Assembly: GCA_030770535.1 (NCBI GenBank)
Contig: JASVEC010000021.1
Coordinates: 868,001 to 896,377, forward strand
Source: Batkoa obscura
Lineage: Eukaryota
DNA length: 28,377 bases
Direction of reading: 5' to 3'
Shown piece after piece: positions 9,201-23,968 of this stretch; positions within the stretch are counted from its first letter, which is position 1, and each line of letters begins with the position of its first letter. The position numbers were made by a program, and so were the translations under genes. A model generated the notes under the pieces. The model saw nothing but the letters and a program-made list of their open reading frames with translations. It did not search any database and had not been told where the DNA came from.

Positions 9201-12200
9201 TAATACACGCCCACCAGTACGTCTTAATTCTCTGTTTAATACTGGATTCAATATTGGATCTAGATTTTCAACATCTTGGATTAACAATGGATTTCCAAAT
9301 CTTAATGCAGATTCTAAATTCTTAAGGAAAGAATCATCCAAGAAACTAGTGATTGTTATTTTCTTATCTTTAAATTCATTAGCTAAGAAATTAGTAGCTT
9401 GTCCGGAAGGATCAATAATTAATGGGTAGCGATTAAATCTTTTTAACATAATTGCATTTTCGATACATAAATCATCCGCTGGTAATGAATTATCTTGCCA
9501 TGCTTGTCTTTCATCAGCTGTAGATAGGTATTCGGTTAAGGATATTTCTTGCTTAAAATTAATACTTGATCTTATTAAATGACTTGTCCATTTTTCAAAC
9601 AAGATTTCTCGATATTGTTGATCAAAGTAACCACCATAAGCCATATAGGCTGCTGATAGTAAACAATCACCTACAATAGTAGCCATTTGAGTTTCAAATG
9701 CTTGGCTAGAAGCTTCCCAGCGTTCTTTTTCAGAAGATAAACTACCTAATAAGGTCATAGATCGATTCACTTTAGATTTGACTCTTTCCATTTCACCTTT
9801 AATAGATTGTACTTGTGAAATAAGTATAGCATATTCTTCTTTATAAGTTGAAATACTATTTTCTAAATCTTCGATCATCTGCATAATTTTACTAGCTTCA
9901 TTTTGTGTTTCTTTGGCTGAATTTTCAAGTACAACAACTTCATTACGTAATGGTCCAACACGGTCCAAAATGGAAGAATAATTGACTTGTGCAATTACCC
10001 ATTGAACTAACGGACCACAAGCTTTACTAGCTCGATTAACTGTTTCAAAATTAAAGTTACCATTAGACATATATTCTTTTTTGATTTTATCACGGATGCT
10101 ACGAGTTAATTTAGCTTCCGTTGTATAAGTCTCAATACTAGATATAAAATCGTCTCTTCTTAATATACCTTGGACTGATTTCCATGACTCAATTTTATGA
10201 CCTAATAAGATACATACCGATTCCATAGCTATTTTAACTGGTAAAGGTGGATTAGCCATAGAACGTACTTCTGTCAAATGTTGTTTTTTGATATTTCTAA
10301 CACTCTTTTGAGCTTCAATAACAGCTGGTTCAGCATTAGCCAAATCATCCATAACAATGGCTGTACGTTCAGCAATCGCTTTGTTTTTAATTTCTAATTC
10401 TGCTTGAATTTTAATAGAGTCTTCTTTTTTAGATTCTGCTTCTTGTTGGTCTGCTACCATCTTTTTTAACTTTTCATTAGCTTCCATATTCTTTTCATTT
10501 AATTCTTTTTCTTTTAATGCTAAGCTAGCTCTCAATTCTTCCACTTGAACAACTGTACTATGTAATTTTTCCAAACCAATGTTCAAATGACGCTGTTGAT
10601 CTTCCAAATCTTCTCTCTTTTCATTATGGAGTTTAACATAATGATTGATAAAATCAAGATAATGCCTTGGGGTAACATGATTATATCTACCTTGTCGTTT
10701 AGATAGCTTATTATTAACTTCATATAAGGTCATATGAACATAAACGAAGCCATTGATAAGGGCATCACGATGATTGGGGGGCATTGGTAAATCTCTATAA
10801 GCCACTTGAATATCATCTGGTGGTGTATACATTGGTAAATCAATATCCAATGTTTGAGTAAACTCTTTACCGACTTGAAAGAATGCTTGGTCAGACCAAT
10901 CACCAAACCAATCCAATACACAACGATTAAATAAAGCAGGAGAAGTAGCTGCGCGAGAACCAAGGCCACCTTCTGGTGGATTCATAGTAAATACGACATG
11001 TAAATTTTTCATGACTTGTTGAGTAAACCATTTATATAATTCTTCACCTGAATCTAACATTCTCCCTTCTCTTTGAGCTGCTTCTTTACATTGATTCATT
11101 AAAGCAGAATATTCATCTCCTTCAAATAAACCTGGTACTTCGGCATTAGCTAACAAGGTATTCATTCTCTCCAAAAAGCCGGAATCTAATACATTGGATT
11201 CATCCATAATGAAACAGATCTTTTCTCCTTTACAGCCTGCTCTTCTAAGTACAGTTCTTAAATCTTCGTCAAAATCATCACCTGTATATTTATTATGAGC
11301 TTTAATTTGAAAAATACTTAATCCATTCATCCAAGCAACAAATCGAGATAAAGTTGTTTTACCAGAGCCAGAAACACCAATTAATAACAAATGGCCTTGC
11401 ATTTGTCTAAATACACGATCAATCCTTAATACATGTTCTAAAACATCATTATGCAATACTAATGGAACATCTAATTCTTCTTCATAAAATACTTTTAATC
11501 TTGCTTTTGTATAATCCCTTAATTCATCTCTAGTAATTGGTATATAATGTTTGGATAACCAATTAGAGAATAAGATTGGACGAACTAATGCTTCTTCTTT
11601 ATTTAGATTGGGGAAATTTGTTATTGCTACTTCATCAATTAAATCATCGGTCCATTTCCTTTCGTCTTCATTAACCAATCGATCTTGAAATAATCTTAAA
11701 GCCTCATGTGCCCAAATACGTACTAATTCTTCTACACTTAAACTATCTAATGGTTTCATAGCTTCAAAGATACCCCTCATCCAACGCGTTAATTCACGTG
11801 GTGAATAAATATAATGGGCTTGAATATCTGGAGTAAATCTCTTTTGAGAAGCTAAATAAACATCTACCATAGCTGAAGTTAAATTATCGGAATAGCCTCT
11901 TAAATCTGGTATCATTTTAAGCATAGCTCTTGAGAATGTGCCATAAATTTGCTTTAATGATAATTCACCTGGATAATCTACCATAACCAATGGTGCATGT
12001 CTCAAGAATCGATGACTCAATGGTACACGACCTGGATCCGTAGGTGGATTACAAGCACCAACAAACTGAATGCGTTCTAAAGTAACCCAACTTTTATCAG
12101 CTGTCCTCCAAAAACCACCATGTTCAATTAATTGTCTTAAAAACGAGATAACGCGCTGTGTACCATATTTATCTGTGGAGGGTAAATTAATTTCATCACA

Positions 12201-15200
12201 AAAGATAACTAACCAACGGCCAATCATTGTAGGGGAAAGTAATACACCGTTGGGTGTCTTTCTATATTCACAGTATTGTTCAAAAGTTTTCATTATTAAT
12301 TCCGGTGTAGTGGCACTAGAAAAATTGAGACCCACTACTTCCATATCAGGTAATTTGCGTAAAGCACTAAATAATGTCATAGTTTTACCAGAACCAGGTG
12401 GTCCACATAACATCAATGGTTTATGTTCAGATAACCAAGAATATAATACTTCTTCATGACGAATTGTATCTACAGTTGGTATAACCACATCTGCTTCAGC
12501 AACTGTGTGTGTTTCAATATCTATTACTGGCACTTTACCCTCCCAAGAGACCCATTCATTATCTGGTAATGTGACATCATAATCAATGATGGATGAGTTG
12601 GGTGCAAAGGCAGGTAATTCAATAGTTGTAATACCCCGAATAAATTCTCCTAATTCAGCACGAATATCTAACTTAGTATCCCCTGAAAAACTCCAAATTA
12701 ATGCTAATACAAGTTTACGTTGAATATAACTTTCTAATACGTCTGTTGTTAAGGCACTTTCTAAACCCTGTAAATTGAAATCAATAATATTTCTAACAAC
12801 TTTGTTCAATAATGAAAACAAAGTAGTTAATACTCTCATACGAGTAAAATCCATAATATGATTGATAGTAAATGCAAAATTAAGTGTTTTTGTAACTAAA
12901 GCATCTTCTGTAAAGAAAGGAGCTAATATAGTAGCACATTGTTGTTGAGTTGAAAGAGCTAAGGACTCATTTTCAGTGCCTTTGATATTAGCCAAATCCT
13001 CTTCTGATTCAGCTAATATTTGAGTTTTTAATTTATTCAAATATTCTTTATAGATCATATTTAAACTAACAACATCCTCTGAATACCAAACCATACCACA
13101 TCGACTAACTGTAGCTAAAGTAGCTTGGCGTAAATCTTCTACTTCAAACATAATACGTACATTGGAAGGCAAACTTAATCTTTCTCCATTTGGTAATGTC
13201 AATAACCGATTATCATCTAATACTGAATTTAAATTTTCTACCCATTCTGGATCAACATCTCCATCAAATATAATCCAATGTCTTTTGCCACTTTCTCCAC
13301 GCATATTATCAATAATTTTTCTTAGTATATGTGTAAACAACCCGTCACTCCATTCTCTAGTTGTTTGATCTAATGAACCATAAAGTGCTTCTTTTGACAT
13401 TGCTTTAGGATCAATTACATAAGACACTCCTTCAATATTATCTACTTTTTCTAATGCTGCCAATAAGGTGCGCCATGCTACAGATTTACCTGAACCAGAT
13501 GGACCAACCATCATTAAACCATGATGAATATTTTGAATTTGATATAATTGAATGATTTTTTCCATCCAATTAGGTTCATCTACTAAATTACGTTCTTTAC
13601 AAATACTAATAATACTTTCTTTTAATTTATCTAAATCAACTGGAGCATATTCAACACCTGGGAATACATCCGTCATCAAACTTTTTAATAATGGTATATC
13701 TTCAGATACTAATTTAGGTACTAAAGTTTCACGTACACTTTGAATTAATATTTCTTGTTCAGTGCTTCCTTTAGAAAAAGTATCATCTGTACTTTGTTCT
13801 TCATTATTTTTAATACTATCTCGAATCTTTTGTAAACGATTACGTTTTAAATTACCAGCACTAACTAATACACTTTTTAAGGCACGTAAACCAAAATCAT
13901 AATGAGATTGAGGTGATAATTGTTCAGCACATAAAACAAATAATGGAACTACTTTAGAAGCCAATAATTCAGCAGAATTAAAACCCTGACTATATAACAT
14001 AACTTGAGCAATTAATTCTCTATCTGGTTTTGTCATAGCCATTGAACGGAATAATTTTTTAAGATTATCAGGTAAATTAGAACGACCTGCATATCCTGGA
14101 TTCATTGTAATAAAAATACCTGTATCTCCATGAATTTTTACATTTTTTCCAACTAAATCAATTGTTTGTTTTGGATTTTCTTGTAGTTTTTTAAGTCCAA
14201 GTTGAATAGATTGAATTTGTTGAGATACAGCTGATAATATTTTTTCTTCTAATCTATTGAATTCATCAAAACAACCCCAAGCACCCACTTGACATAATCC
14301 AATAAAAATCCTTCCCATGGCTTGGAAATCAAAATTTTCATCGCAACAAAATACTAAAACAAATCTACCTAATTGGACTCCTAATGCTTTAACAGATTCT
14401 GTTTTTCCTGTACCTGCTGGTCCAAAAGGAGAACCACCTAATCTAGCTTCTAAAGCTTGCGTTAATGTTAAATAGCAACGATCTGTTAATGGGGTTTGCA
14501 CTAATCGATCTGGAATACCTAAATATTCATAGCCATAGTAGAAATTAGCATTGGCCATTTGAATATTTAATCGATGTAATGGCTCTTGTATAGTCGAATT
14601 ATAATAGAATCGCATTTGGTATAACCAATTGAAATCTTTATTGTTAATGACTTTGTTTTTGATTAATAATCGAATTACATCCCTTTGATGAACTAATTCA
14701 GTAATTAAATGTTCACATTTACGTCGTTGAGTTACTACTAAATCTGTTAAAACAGCATCTGCTAATGTAATCAATCCTCTTTCTACTTTGTTTAATGCTG
14801 AATCAAAATGAGTTAAATCTAATTTATCATTTTTTGAAGTAATAAAGCCATCTTCGATTGTTTGAGTCCAAATAGCTTGAGAAGCAAGTACAACTAATTG
14901 AGCTGGATATTTATTAATCCATTGCATAAACAACTCATTATTTAAATTATCTGCTAAATAAACTGTAGATAATTCTTTGATAGCATCATCTAATAACAAA
15001 GCCAATGAAACTTTCATTTCACTTTCAATCATTGTTAACCAATCATTAATTCTTGGATTTTCTTTTAATATGATTGGTTTTTTAAATAATACTTCTTCTC
15101 CATCTTTTGATGCCATACCAATAATAATACTTGTATCTTCGTTTAATAGTATATTATTAATACCAGCAAACATTTTTTTAAAATGTTTTTGAATTCTCAA

Positions 15201-18200
15201 TATATCTTTACTATTTCCAATAATTTCTAATAAATCTTCATCACCTACAAAATAAAATCGTGGGAAAGAAGATCTTTCTTTTTCTAAATACTCACCCAAT
15301 GCCTTTTGAATTTTACTTAATAAATCTTTTAATCTCTCTAATGATTTTTGAATATTTGGTATATTTAATACATCTAAAACAAAAGGAGACTTATACACTT
15401 TCTTCATAGCTGTTAAAAATTCGGCATTAATATTTTGAAATCTTGAAGTTTCCATTGGTAATAAGTGTTTAATATCTGCTGAACCTGAAAATATACCTTC
15501 AAGATAAACCCATTGACGTTGTACATCAATCCAAACATCAAAGAAAAGTACATAAATTCGATTTAATTTATCTTCCCAAGCTGAAGCTTCTTCTTCAAAC
15601 ACTTTATAATAAGGAGACATTTTCATAGCTGTTAATGAATTTAAATTTTCACTACATTTTGTCATCATATCATCCCATCCTTTGATTAATCGACATTTAT
15701 TTTGATAATTTACCAATTCTAATGTATAACTACTCCATGTTTCTTTGACTTGTTTAATAAATTCTTCTAAAGCCATTTCTCCTTGAGCAACTATTATAAT
15801 TTCTCTAGCAATAACTTCATTCTTATCCAAATCCATATCCCAAATATTACCTAAAGTCATTTCTGATAAAAAGAATTTACCTTCACAATCAAGTTGTTTG
15901 AATAATTGTCTCCAGTGACGTTCACGTAAAGCATCCGATTTTAACTCAGTTAATATAGTATTAACTTTTAAATAACTATTTAATAAATCAATTATATAAC
16001 TATAAGCTGGATATTGATGAATTCTGGGTGGTAATTTTCTGGCTTCAGAGACACATTCTTCAATTTGTAATCGAATTTTTCTAGGAACAACAGAAGCCCA
16101 AGTATTATCACGTAACATATAAATAGATTGCCAGATACCAGTTAATGCATTCCATACAGATTTAAGATCACCAAGTTCTTCTAGTACTGGACTTAATCGA
16201 TCATTTAAAGTAACATCTAATTTTAATGCCTTCTTTGCTGAATAAACTTGATCATATTCTTCTTTTAATCGAGTAAGACGACCTTCAAATATATTTAATG
16301 TGTTAATGGCAATATCTGGTTTAATATCTCCTGCTTTAGGTATATCTTTATTCCATTCAGTAATTAAATTAGTAATTTTATCCTCAACAATTTTATCTTG
16401 AGCAATAATTTTCATTTGTAATCCAGCTACTTGTTCTTGAATTGAATTATTTTTACGTGCTAAAATTTCATTAAAGGCACTCCATTCTCCTTCCACTTGA
16501 TCAACATATAACCAATCCGATGGAAATTGATACCTTTGACGTTCCAATGTTTTTTGTCCATGTCTATAAAGTTCAATATCAGCACTCCATTGTTCTACTT
16601 TTAATTTGATATCTTCAACAAAAGTAATAAAAGTAACTACTTCGGAAGTGGCATTAGTATCTAATGAAAACCTTTCTAAACCAGCACGTGCTTTTGATAC
16701 TTGTACATTAAATTCTTTCATTGAATTACCAAGTTTAATACCAAATTCTTTTAAGATTTCCTTTTGCCAAGAATCATATTTGGAATTGACTTTACTTTGA
16801 ACTTGTTCATAATCTACAATAATTGGTCCAAAATTCTTTTCAGTTTCCGAATTATCAAAAGTTGCTCTTGCTTTTTTAATTTCAATTAAAATTTGTTGCC
16901 ATTGAAATAAATCATCCCCAAGTTTAGTATAAACAATCTCTGGTTCTAAATCCCAGAGTGATTGATATTGTAACCAAATTTTAACATAGTCAGAAACTTC
17001 TTTAATTTTACTTTCAATCTTTTCATAAGCTGAAGTTAATGCATCATCATCTAAATCTTTAATAATAGACATATAAGTTAGATCCCTTGGATCTTCAGAT
17101 TCTTCACCAATATTAAATTCATAACGAGAACTCTGTAGTTTAGGTAAAGAACATACAATTGATATCCAATTGGATAATTGTTTATACCAGTTTTCACGTG
17201 CATCTTCAATAGGTGGATCTAAATGCATAATTTGATCACGAATTAAAATTTCATGAATTAGAGATTGAATATTAGGTTGATATTCTATCTTTTGGTTGGC
17301 TTCTTTATCATTTGCATTAATTGATTTATCTAAATTTCTACGTTTGATTGTTAATAAAGATTTAGATTCTAATGAATTGTTATTATTAGAATCATTAATC
17401 TTCAAAAAAGCATTAGTCCAAGCACGTAATGCTTTTTGTAATCGGATCAACAAAACGTCTTTAACTTGAGTATCTAAATACTCTACCCATTGATCTAAAT
17501 TACTATAGGATTCAAAATTTAATTGGTCAATTATTTTTTGAATTAATTTTAAATTAGATAACAAATCTTCATGAGTAAATGGACAGCTTTGTAACGAATT
17601 GAGAATCTCTTTAATTTCATTATCAATTTTTAAAACTGCATCCATTTTAGTTTGAAAAGTAAATATTAAACTAGAAAAATCTTGAATAAAATCATTATGG
17701 CGTGTTTCTGAGTGAGCAAATTCACCACCTGAGAATACAATGCGATTGTCATATTGATTAACTAAATAATCCCAACGTAAAGCTATACCTTGTGTAATTA
17801 AATCTTGTACTTCTTTATAATAAGAAGCAACAAGCATAGATACTTCTGGATGACTCTCATATTTATCAACTACTTGTGTATAAGTTCTTACGGATTCAAT
17901 TAAACTAATGGCAAATGGATAGATACGTTTCACATCACTAGCTAAATTACGAATAGTATAAGGTACTTTAAAACCAAGCCATAATAAATTACGACATTCT
18001 TTAAATAAAGTAATAATTTGGTTATCAAAGTTAATAGCAAGAGAATACGAATTGTTTTGAGCACGATTTCGAATAACAGAAAAGATGTTACCAGAAATTT
18101 TATGATTTCTTGATGCTATTTCATCTTGCCACATTTCAAAGATTTGTCTTGTATTTAATTTCTTTTTAAAACTAGAACTTTCTGATTCTAACTTTTGACC

Positions 18201-20290
18201 ATCTGCATACATCTCCCATCCTTTCCCTAACACATCCTCTACTCTCTTCATATACATAGATAATTGACGATCGATTTGTTTGACCCAAATAATAGTACCT
18301 GAAATGGGTGGAATATCACGTAATTGACTCATGTGATGGGCTTGAGAATTTCTATATTGAACTTTAAATTTCTCATGTAAAGCTTGGATATCTTTTTTAA
18401 CACTTTCAATTAATTGAGTTTGATATTCTTGAATAGCACCACGAATTTTGGGACGTACAAATAAAGCATTAAATTTTGAAAACACTCGAAACATTTCATT
18501 AGCATTTTTAGCAGCACCAAGTAAATTACGTAATTTAATAATGATTTGATTTTCAACTCGAGATATCTTTTCATTATAATTGGTTTCAGCAACAACCCAA
18601 ACTTCAGTTCCTTCGGGCGTAATATCTAATATATCGATATGTTTGATATTTTCATAAGCTAATCTTACCTCCTCAACCGCATTTAAATCACTTACAGTGA
18701 CATTATCAGCTTCATTAGATCCCTTTCTATTTTGAGATGGTCTTGCCATTACCTTATCAATAGTAGATTGAAGTTGATCGTGTTGTTTTCTAAATAATTG
18801 AATAAATGATAATCTTTCTTGAAGTTTTTGATGAGCTGGTTCTAATTTAAAATAGAAAAACTTTTCACCACGTTTTCTAGTAAGATCTCTAGCTAAGGTT
18901 GAATATTCTCTGGCTAAATCTTCCCAATTGGAAAATAAGCGTTCAACACTACGCATAATTGAATCGAATTCATGGTAATCAATATACATCAACCGACGTG
19001 TATTTAAAATTTTGGTTAATTGTTGAGTTAAATCTCTGGAGATAGCTTCCATAAAGGCAATCGAACGACGAATGGGATAAGACGAATTTCTCAATTTTTT
19101 ATGTAAATGAGAATGTACTTGAACAAAAGCATCTGTTAAACGATCTACATCTGGAGCTGATAAAAGATCACTAATAGGAAAATCTTTCATAATGGTATTA
19201 TACTTCAATACAGTTTCTAAAGCTTCTTGAAGTCCAGTATCAGCATGGAAACTAACAGTAGCATGGAAACGTTTAGCATGTTTAAGAATTTCCAAGGTAA
19301 GAATGATAGCATCGCTTCTAAGCTCCACATCAATACGATCTAAAGCTCTTTCCATACTTAGCCAAAAATTAATTTCTTGAAGTGCGGAACCAGTCGAAGG
19401 GTCTCTAGTAAGTTTGGTGACTTTTTGAATTTCTTTAATCCAACGATTGACATCGGCTTGAAGTGCATTTAAAAATGAGGAATCTTGAAGTAGTTTACCA
19501 TCAATAGTATCTACAGTAACTCTTTGACCTTTATTCAAATTTTCTTCAACTGCTTTTTGAATCACTGGATGAATCACTAAAGTTATATCGGGTATCTCAA
19601 CATTTTGTTGAAGATGTAATAAAGAAAGTTCAAGTTCGGCAATTTTTTTCTTGGCTGCTGGTACTCCCATAGTTGAGCTTTCATCCCTTTTATTAGCTTG
19701 AATATCTGTTGAAGTTCCTAACTTAGCATTTGTAAATGCATTGAAATAAGGACTGACTGCATGATGAATATAAGCATGAAGTGCTTCATAAGGTGAAATA
19801 GAGTCGGAATTTGGGCCAGGTAAATTAATAAATTGAATCTGGTTTTGAAGTGGTTTAGTTTGGTCTAATACAGATACCCTTTTAATTAAAGCAATACAAG
19901 CAACTATACCAGTACGATATTCCACTTCAAGTTTAAGGGAATATAAAAAGCCAGAGGTTTCATCTAATTAAGATTGTAAGTATTTTTGTTTAAAAGAATA
20001 AAAAATAAAGAGCAAAAAGTACCTGAAGCGTCTAAACCTAATTTTTCTTTCAATATATACATTACTGAAGTTTGAGGGTCCGTTGAAAACTTCAAACAAT
20101 TTTCAATAGTTTCTGGAAACTCTAATAGAGAAGTTTCAATATCCGCTTGTTTTGAGTCTAAAGTTAATGGCAGTAATTGACAGATAAAATCAATTAAAAT
20201 TTGACAATCATAATTATTAAGATCTACTACCACTTCACTTGAAATCGGACTCCCTATATCAATAGGTGATTTGGTACTCTCTTCTTCCAT
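6252..20290 (-). CDS. DYN1: Cytoplasmic dynein 1 heavy chain; exons 20290-20023 and 19963-6252; 4659 aa
   Basis: A 59-nt phase-1 intron (20022-19964, GTACTT..TTAG) joins the 108-aa and 4557-aa ORFs in frame (..GLDAS/DETSGFLYSLKLEVEYRTG..). Four P-loops are present: GPAGTGKT, GPSGSGKS, GPPGSGKT, GVSGSGKT. Other hallmarks are FPRFYFVGDEDLLEIIGN, QSHYDFGLRALKSVL, the tail motif LKHAKRFHATVSF, and the stalk/MTBD motif RASKACGPLVQW. Confidence 0.98.
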
Positions 20291-20396
20291 GTTTTTTTTC
20301 TGTATTTAAAAAGTTTTTTGTTGGAAAAAGTTTATATGATTTTTTTGGAAAAAAAGTAGTTGTAAAATTTGTCCGATAAAAATTTTACAATTTACT

Positions 20397-20402
20397 ACGC
20401 GT
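20397..20402. promoter_or_regulatory. Candidate MCB (ACGCGT) element upstream of dynein heavy chain
   Basis: ACGCGT lies ~107 bp upstream of the ATG at 20290 in very AT-rich, CpG-poor DNA. Function is inferred only. Confidence 0.3.
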
Positions 20403-21939
20403 CACTGAGAGTGGTAATTGGAGTTTTCTTAACCAATTAAAATTGTACATGGTTTCCAGGGTTGAATTTCCTAATTTTAATTCTATATTTTATAAAAATG
20501 AATATTGTATTTTATGCCCTTTAAGCTCTTTCATTTTAGCCTTATATCATTACTATCTAGCCTTTAATTCAGCACTAACTATTTTGATGAGTAAGTTTCT
20601 AACTATTGTAGCTTCGTTAAATGTTTTTATTTTTAGCGTATTTTATAATCTTTGAAAATGCGTCTACTGAATTTTAATACTGAAAAATGGTGGGCATTAA
20701 GCACTATGTTGCTGAAAATTATAGCCATATGAATTTTTCTCTTTCCAAGGTAATATACTTTAGAGTTCTAACTCTAAGATTTACAGATAAAATCACGACT
20801 ATACTTTTTATTTAAGGGCTCAGTTAGTGAATGTTTTAGATCTAAATTACTTCAAAAGTGAACAAAAACTTTTATATAAATTACATAATTACATAAATTT
20901 TATGAAAATATTTTTATTTTATTGTTATATATTTTCCATTCAGCATAAAATTTAAAATTGTTACTGGTTAAATATTGAAGAAGCATTTATCTAGATTAAA
21001 ATTTCTCAAAAAAGCAACTACATTCGGTATTCATGTTTAATCAATACTTTTAAATAATTATGCCCAAAAAACAGTTCAACATTGGATTTAAAGTAATTTA
21101 TTGTAACAATATTTTTATATCACTCCTATTGTACTTTTAACATTTAAATGTCCTTTAGCAAAAATAGTATAGTTTTTCTAAATAACAATTTTCAGAATTT
21201 TTTTAATTTATAAATTGATTCATGAGCAAGGTTTATAAAAACATCTAACAAAATATCTAGTTAGCTATATAAGTTATATTAAATTTTTTAAAGTCTGGGC
21301 TTCTATTTTTAGTTTATATTAATTTAATTTGTTTAACAAGTTAGCGAATGTAAAGTATTTTACTATCTACGATTTACACTTGAAGTAGGTTTCCAGTTTT
21401 TTTAAATTTTTGGTTTTAATATAATAAAGTTTACAAACCATTACTAATCAAATTAATTAATTTTATGTTATTATACTAAAAAAACATATTAAACATTGAC
21501 ATAACTAACATGTTTTAGAAATTTCACTATTTTTATAGAAGCTGATTTATTAATATAAATCAGAAAAGTAAATAAAATACAGATATCTTTGTAGAATAGA
21601 CTATAAATATCCTCCAATAGTCTGTTAAAATAGATGTGATTTTAGCTTCTTACTTTATATTGTGTTTGAAGATTGGACATCTAGAAAATACAACAAAATC
21701 AGTCAAAACTCATTTAATAGTGATAGTAAGATTAACCGTTTTATCATACTAATTTGAAATACATTTGTTTATTTTATATATCTAAGATCAAACAATTTAT
21801 AACTATAAACTAATTTCCTACCGGTTAAATTAAACCTAAATGTATAAGATGATCCTATACCGTATATCTATTACTCAAGTCATCTTTTTTGGTAAGCTAT
21901 TACTCGCTATACTTTAATAATAACAAATAGATCAAACTT

Positions 21940-22930
21940 AGCATACAAACTCGATGGGCATTTTTATCTAAAACTTAAGGTAAGTATTTTATATTCGACT
22001 AAATATTTATTAATATTAAAATCTTAATATTGATAGTGTAAATAAAAAATCTTACTAATATAATGATGTAAATAGAAATAATTATTTTGATTTGATTACA
22101 TCCTTGAACTGTGCTCCAAACTTTCTCTCATTGATATATATAAAGTGGAACATGGGTATTAAAAGACATAGAACCAATTAAAATTATGGTAGGGAGCTTA
22201 GCAGAACATCATGATATTGTAACTGCTATTATACATTATAGCTTAAGCCAAAATGATGGGAATAATGGAACTAAGCATCCAAGTCATGCTATAGGTACCT
22301 TAAGTGTCTTCTTCAATGCTACTTCTTAATTGAATCACTTAAATTGATAGGTAATAAAGTCCTTGTAAGTGAGCATTGTATTCATAGACATTAAGTGCCT
22401 TGTTAAAATTAAATATTAATCAAAGTACCAAAGATGATAGTAGTGTTAATTTATTAAAGCAAATTAAAAGAATAACACCAGTTGACGGTATCTTTGATAT
22501 ATAATTATCAGTTAAATAAGATAACTCTTATATTTAAAAAAATATTAAACCAGAATTTGGTAGTAACTTATTATTGAATAATAAACCAAGTGTTTGGAAA
22601 GCGACCTCACTACAATATACCATTGTTTCCAATTCCTTAAAAAAGATTTCATATATCTCTTTACCAGAATAATTGCTAATTGATTCCACTGAAGTTACTC
22701 CCATTGATTCCCAACAAACGCTCGATCCACCAAATATTTGAACGATATTGAGTTGAACCAAGTTGATGCTATTCAAGGTAAATTTGGATAGCGCGATCGA
22801 ATTACTACCTATATTAGAGTACAAGATAGCATTTGTAAATTTATCTTGAATTAAAAGCTTTGATATCTCATTGTAACCCTGAATACTTTAATTTATACAA
22901 TCAGTCGAAACCAGTTCGCATACCTTTTAA
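21940..22930. pseudogene. Possible decayed protein-coding remnant, unidentified
   Basis: GC is locally higher than in the flanks, and reading-frame stretches are broken by scattered stops. A 57-nt intron-like segment on + (21980-22036, AG/GTAAGT..ATAG) and a 96-aa ORF on - (22534-22824) are present. No recognisable domain; strand and limits are uncertain. Confidence 0.3.
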
Positions 22931-23401
22931 AAAAACAAAAAAAATGAAGTGGATAATACAGGTGTTTTTATAGTATTATAATATTATAAAAAACAAATGG
23001 AAGAAATTCAAAGTAATAAAATTCAATAACAAATATCCCTATTTTGTTATATTCAAATTTCATGTTAATTCTATAATAAAAAACTTAAGTATGTTAAAGT
23101 GTCAAATTTATTTTTTCAAACTTTTTTCAAATTTCATTCGACATTTTGATGGCCTTAATATCTACATAATATGTGTAAAATATATAACACTGTCCATAAT
23201 AAAATATTGAATTTTATAATACAAAAAAAACAAACATTACATTATTAAAATTCACTATTGATAGTAATAAACTTAATCAGGGAATACATGAAAATTATTA
23301 CTTTAAAGGGAACAGGAAGGAAAAACCTACAAGTAGCATTATCATCAACTATAGTCTCAGTATATTTCTTGAAAAATATAAAAGTTTTAGATTCAACATA
23401 A

Positions 23402-23500
23402 GGGGATGTGTTTTTGTGTTTAATAATTTTGCTGATAGCTTTTCTACTCAAATAGCACTTAAAAGATGGAAAAAGTAATGAAGCCAAAAAAAACACCCCC
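23402..23500 (+). mobile_element. MITE family copy D (99 bp)
   Basis: Ends GGGGATGT..ACACCCCC, with the non-palindromic direct repeat ATAA on both sides (23398-23401, 23501-23504). Confidence 0.9.
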
Positions 23501-23929
23501 ATAAGTAAGAATCAACATGATTATTTAGAAATAATTAATAATAATAAAATAATGATATTATAAATTATGATTAAAAATATCAAAAAATCAAAAATAAGCA
23601 AATTAAAATCACTGTATAATATTTACTTAAAAATTTAACTATTTTATTAAAATTTAATAAAAATATTAAATATTAAAATATTTTAAAAGATAAAGCAATA
23701 GTTAGGTTAATAATTTTTGAATAATTAGTAAGTAATTTTAAATATATAGTAAGAAAATCAGATTACATAATATGTGCTTAATATAATCAGAAGAAAATTA
23801 TTCAAAAATAAAATAAATACAGTAATAAAAAACAAAACAAACATAAAAAAATCTTTCAATAAAAAAGAGCTATACAAAATATACAAATTTTATACTAATA
23901 CTTAAAAACATGTTCAATAAAGCTATTAG

Positions 23930-23968
23930 AAAATCAAATAACAAAAATCAAATAACAAAAATCAAATA
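23930..23968 (+). repeat. Tandem repeat, 14-bp unit AAAATCAAATAACA, ~2.8 copies
   Basis: Reads AAAATCAAATAACA AAAATCAAATAACA AAAATCAAATA. Confidence 0.8.

Noticed and set aside
6316..18595. Short alternative-frame and antisense ORFs within the dynein gene (e.g. 12070-12459 +)
   Set aside because: They are shadows of the long conserved CDS, with no recognisable motifs.
20443..20655. 70-aa + strand ORF divergent from dynein
   Set aside because: Non-ATG start and an F/L/I/Y-rich composition typical of AT-rich non-coding DNA.
23245..23502. 85-aa - strand ORF
   Set aside because: It starts in the TSD/end of MITE copy D and runs into unrelated flank, so it is a chance ORF.
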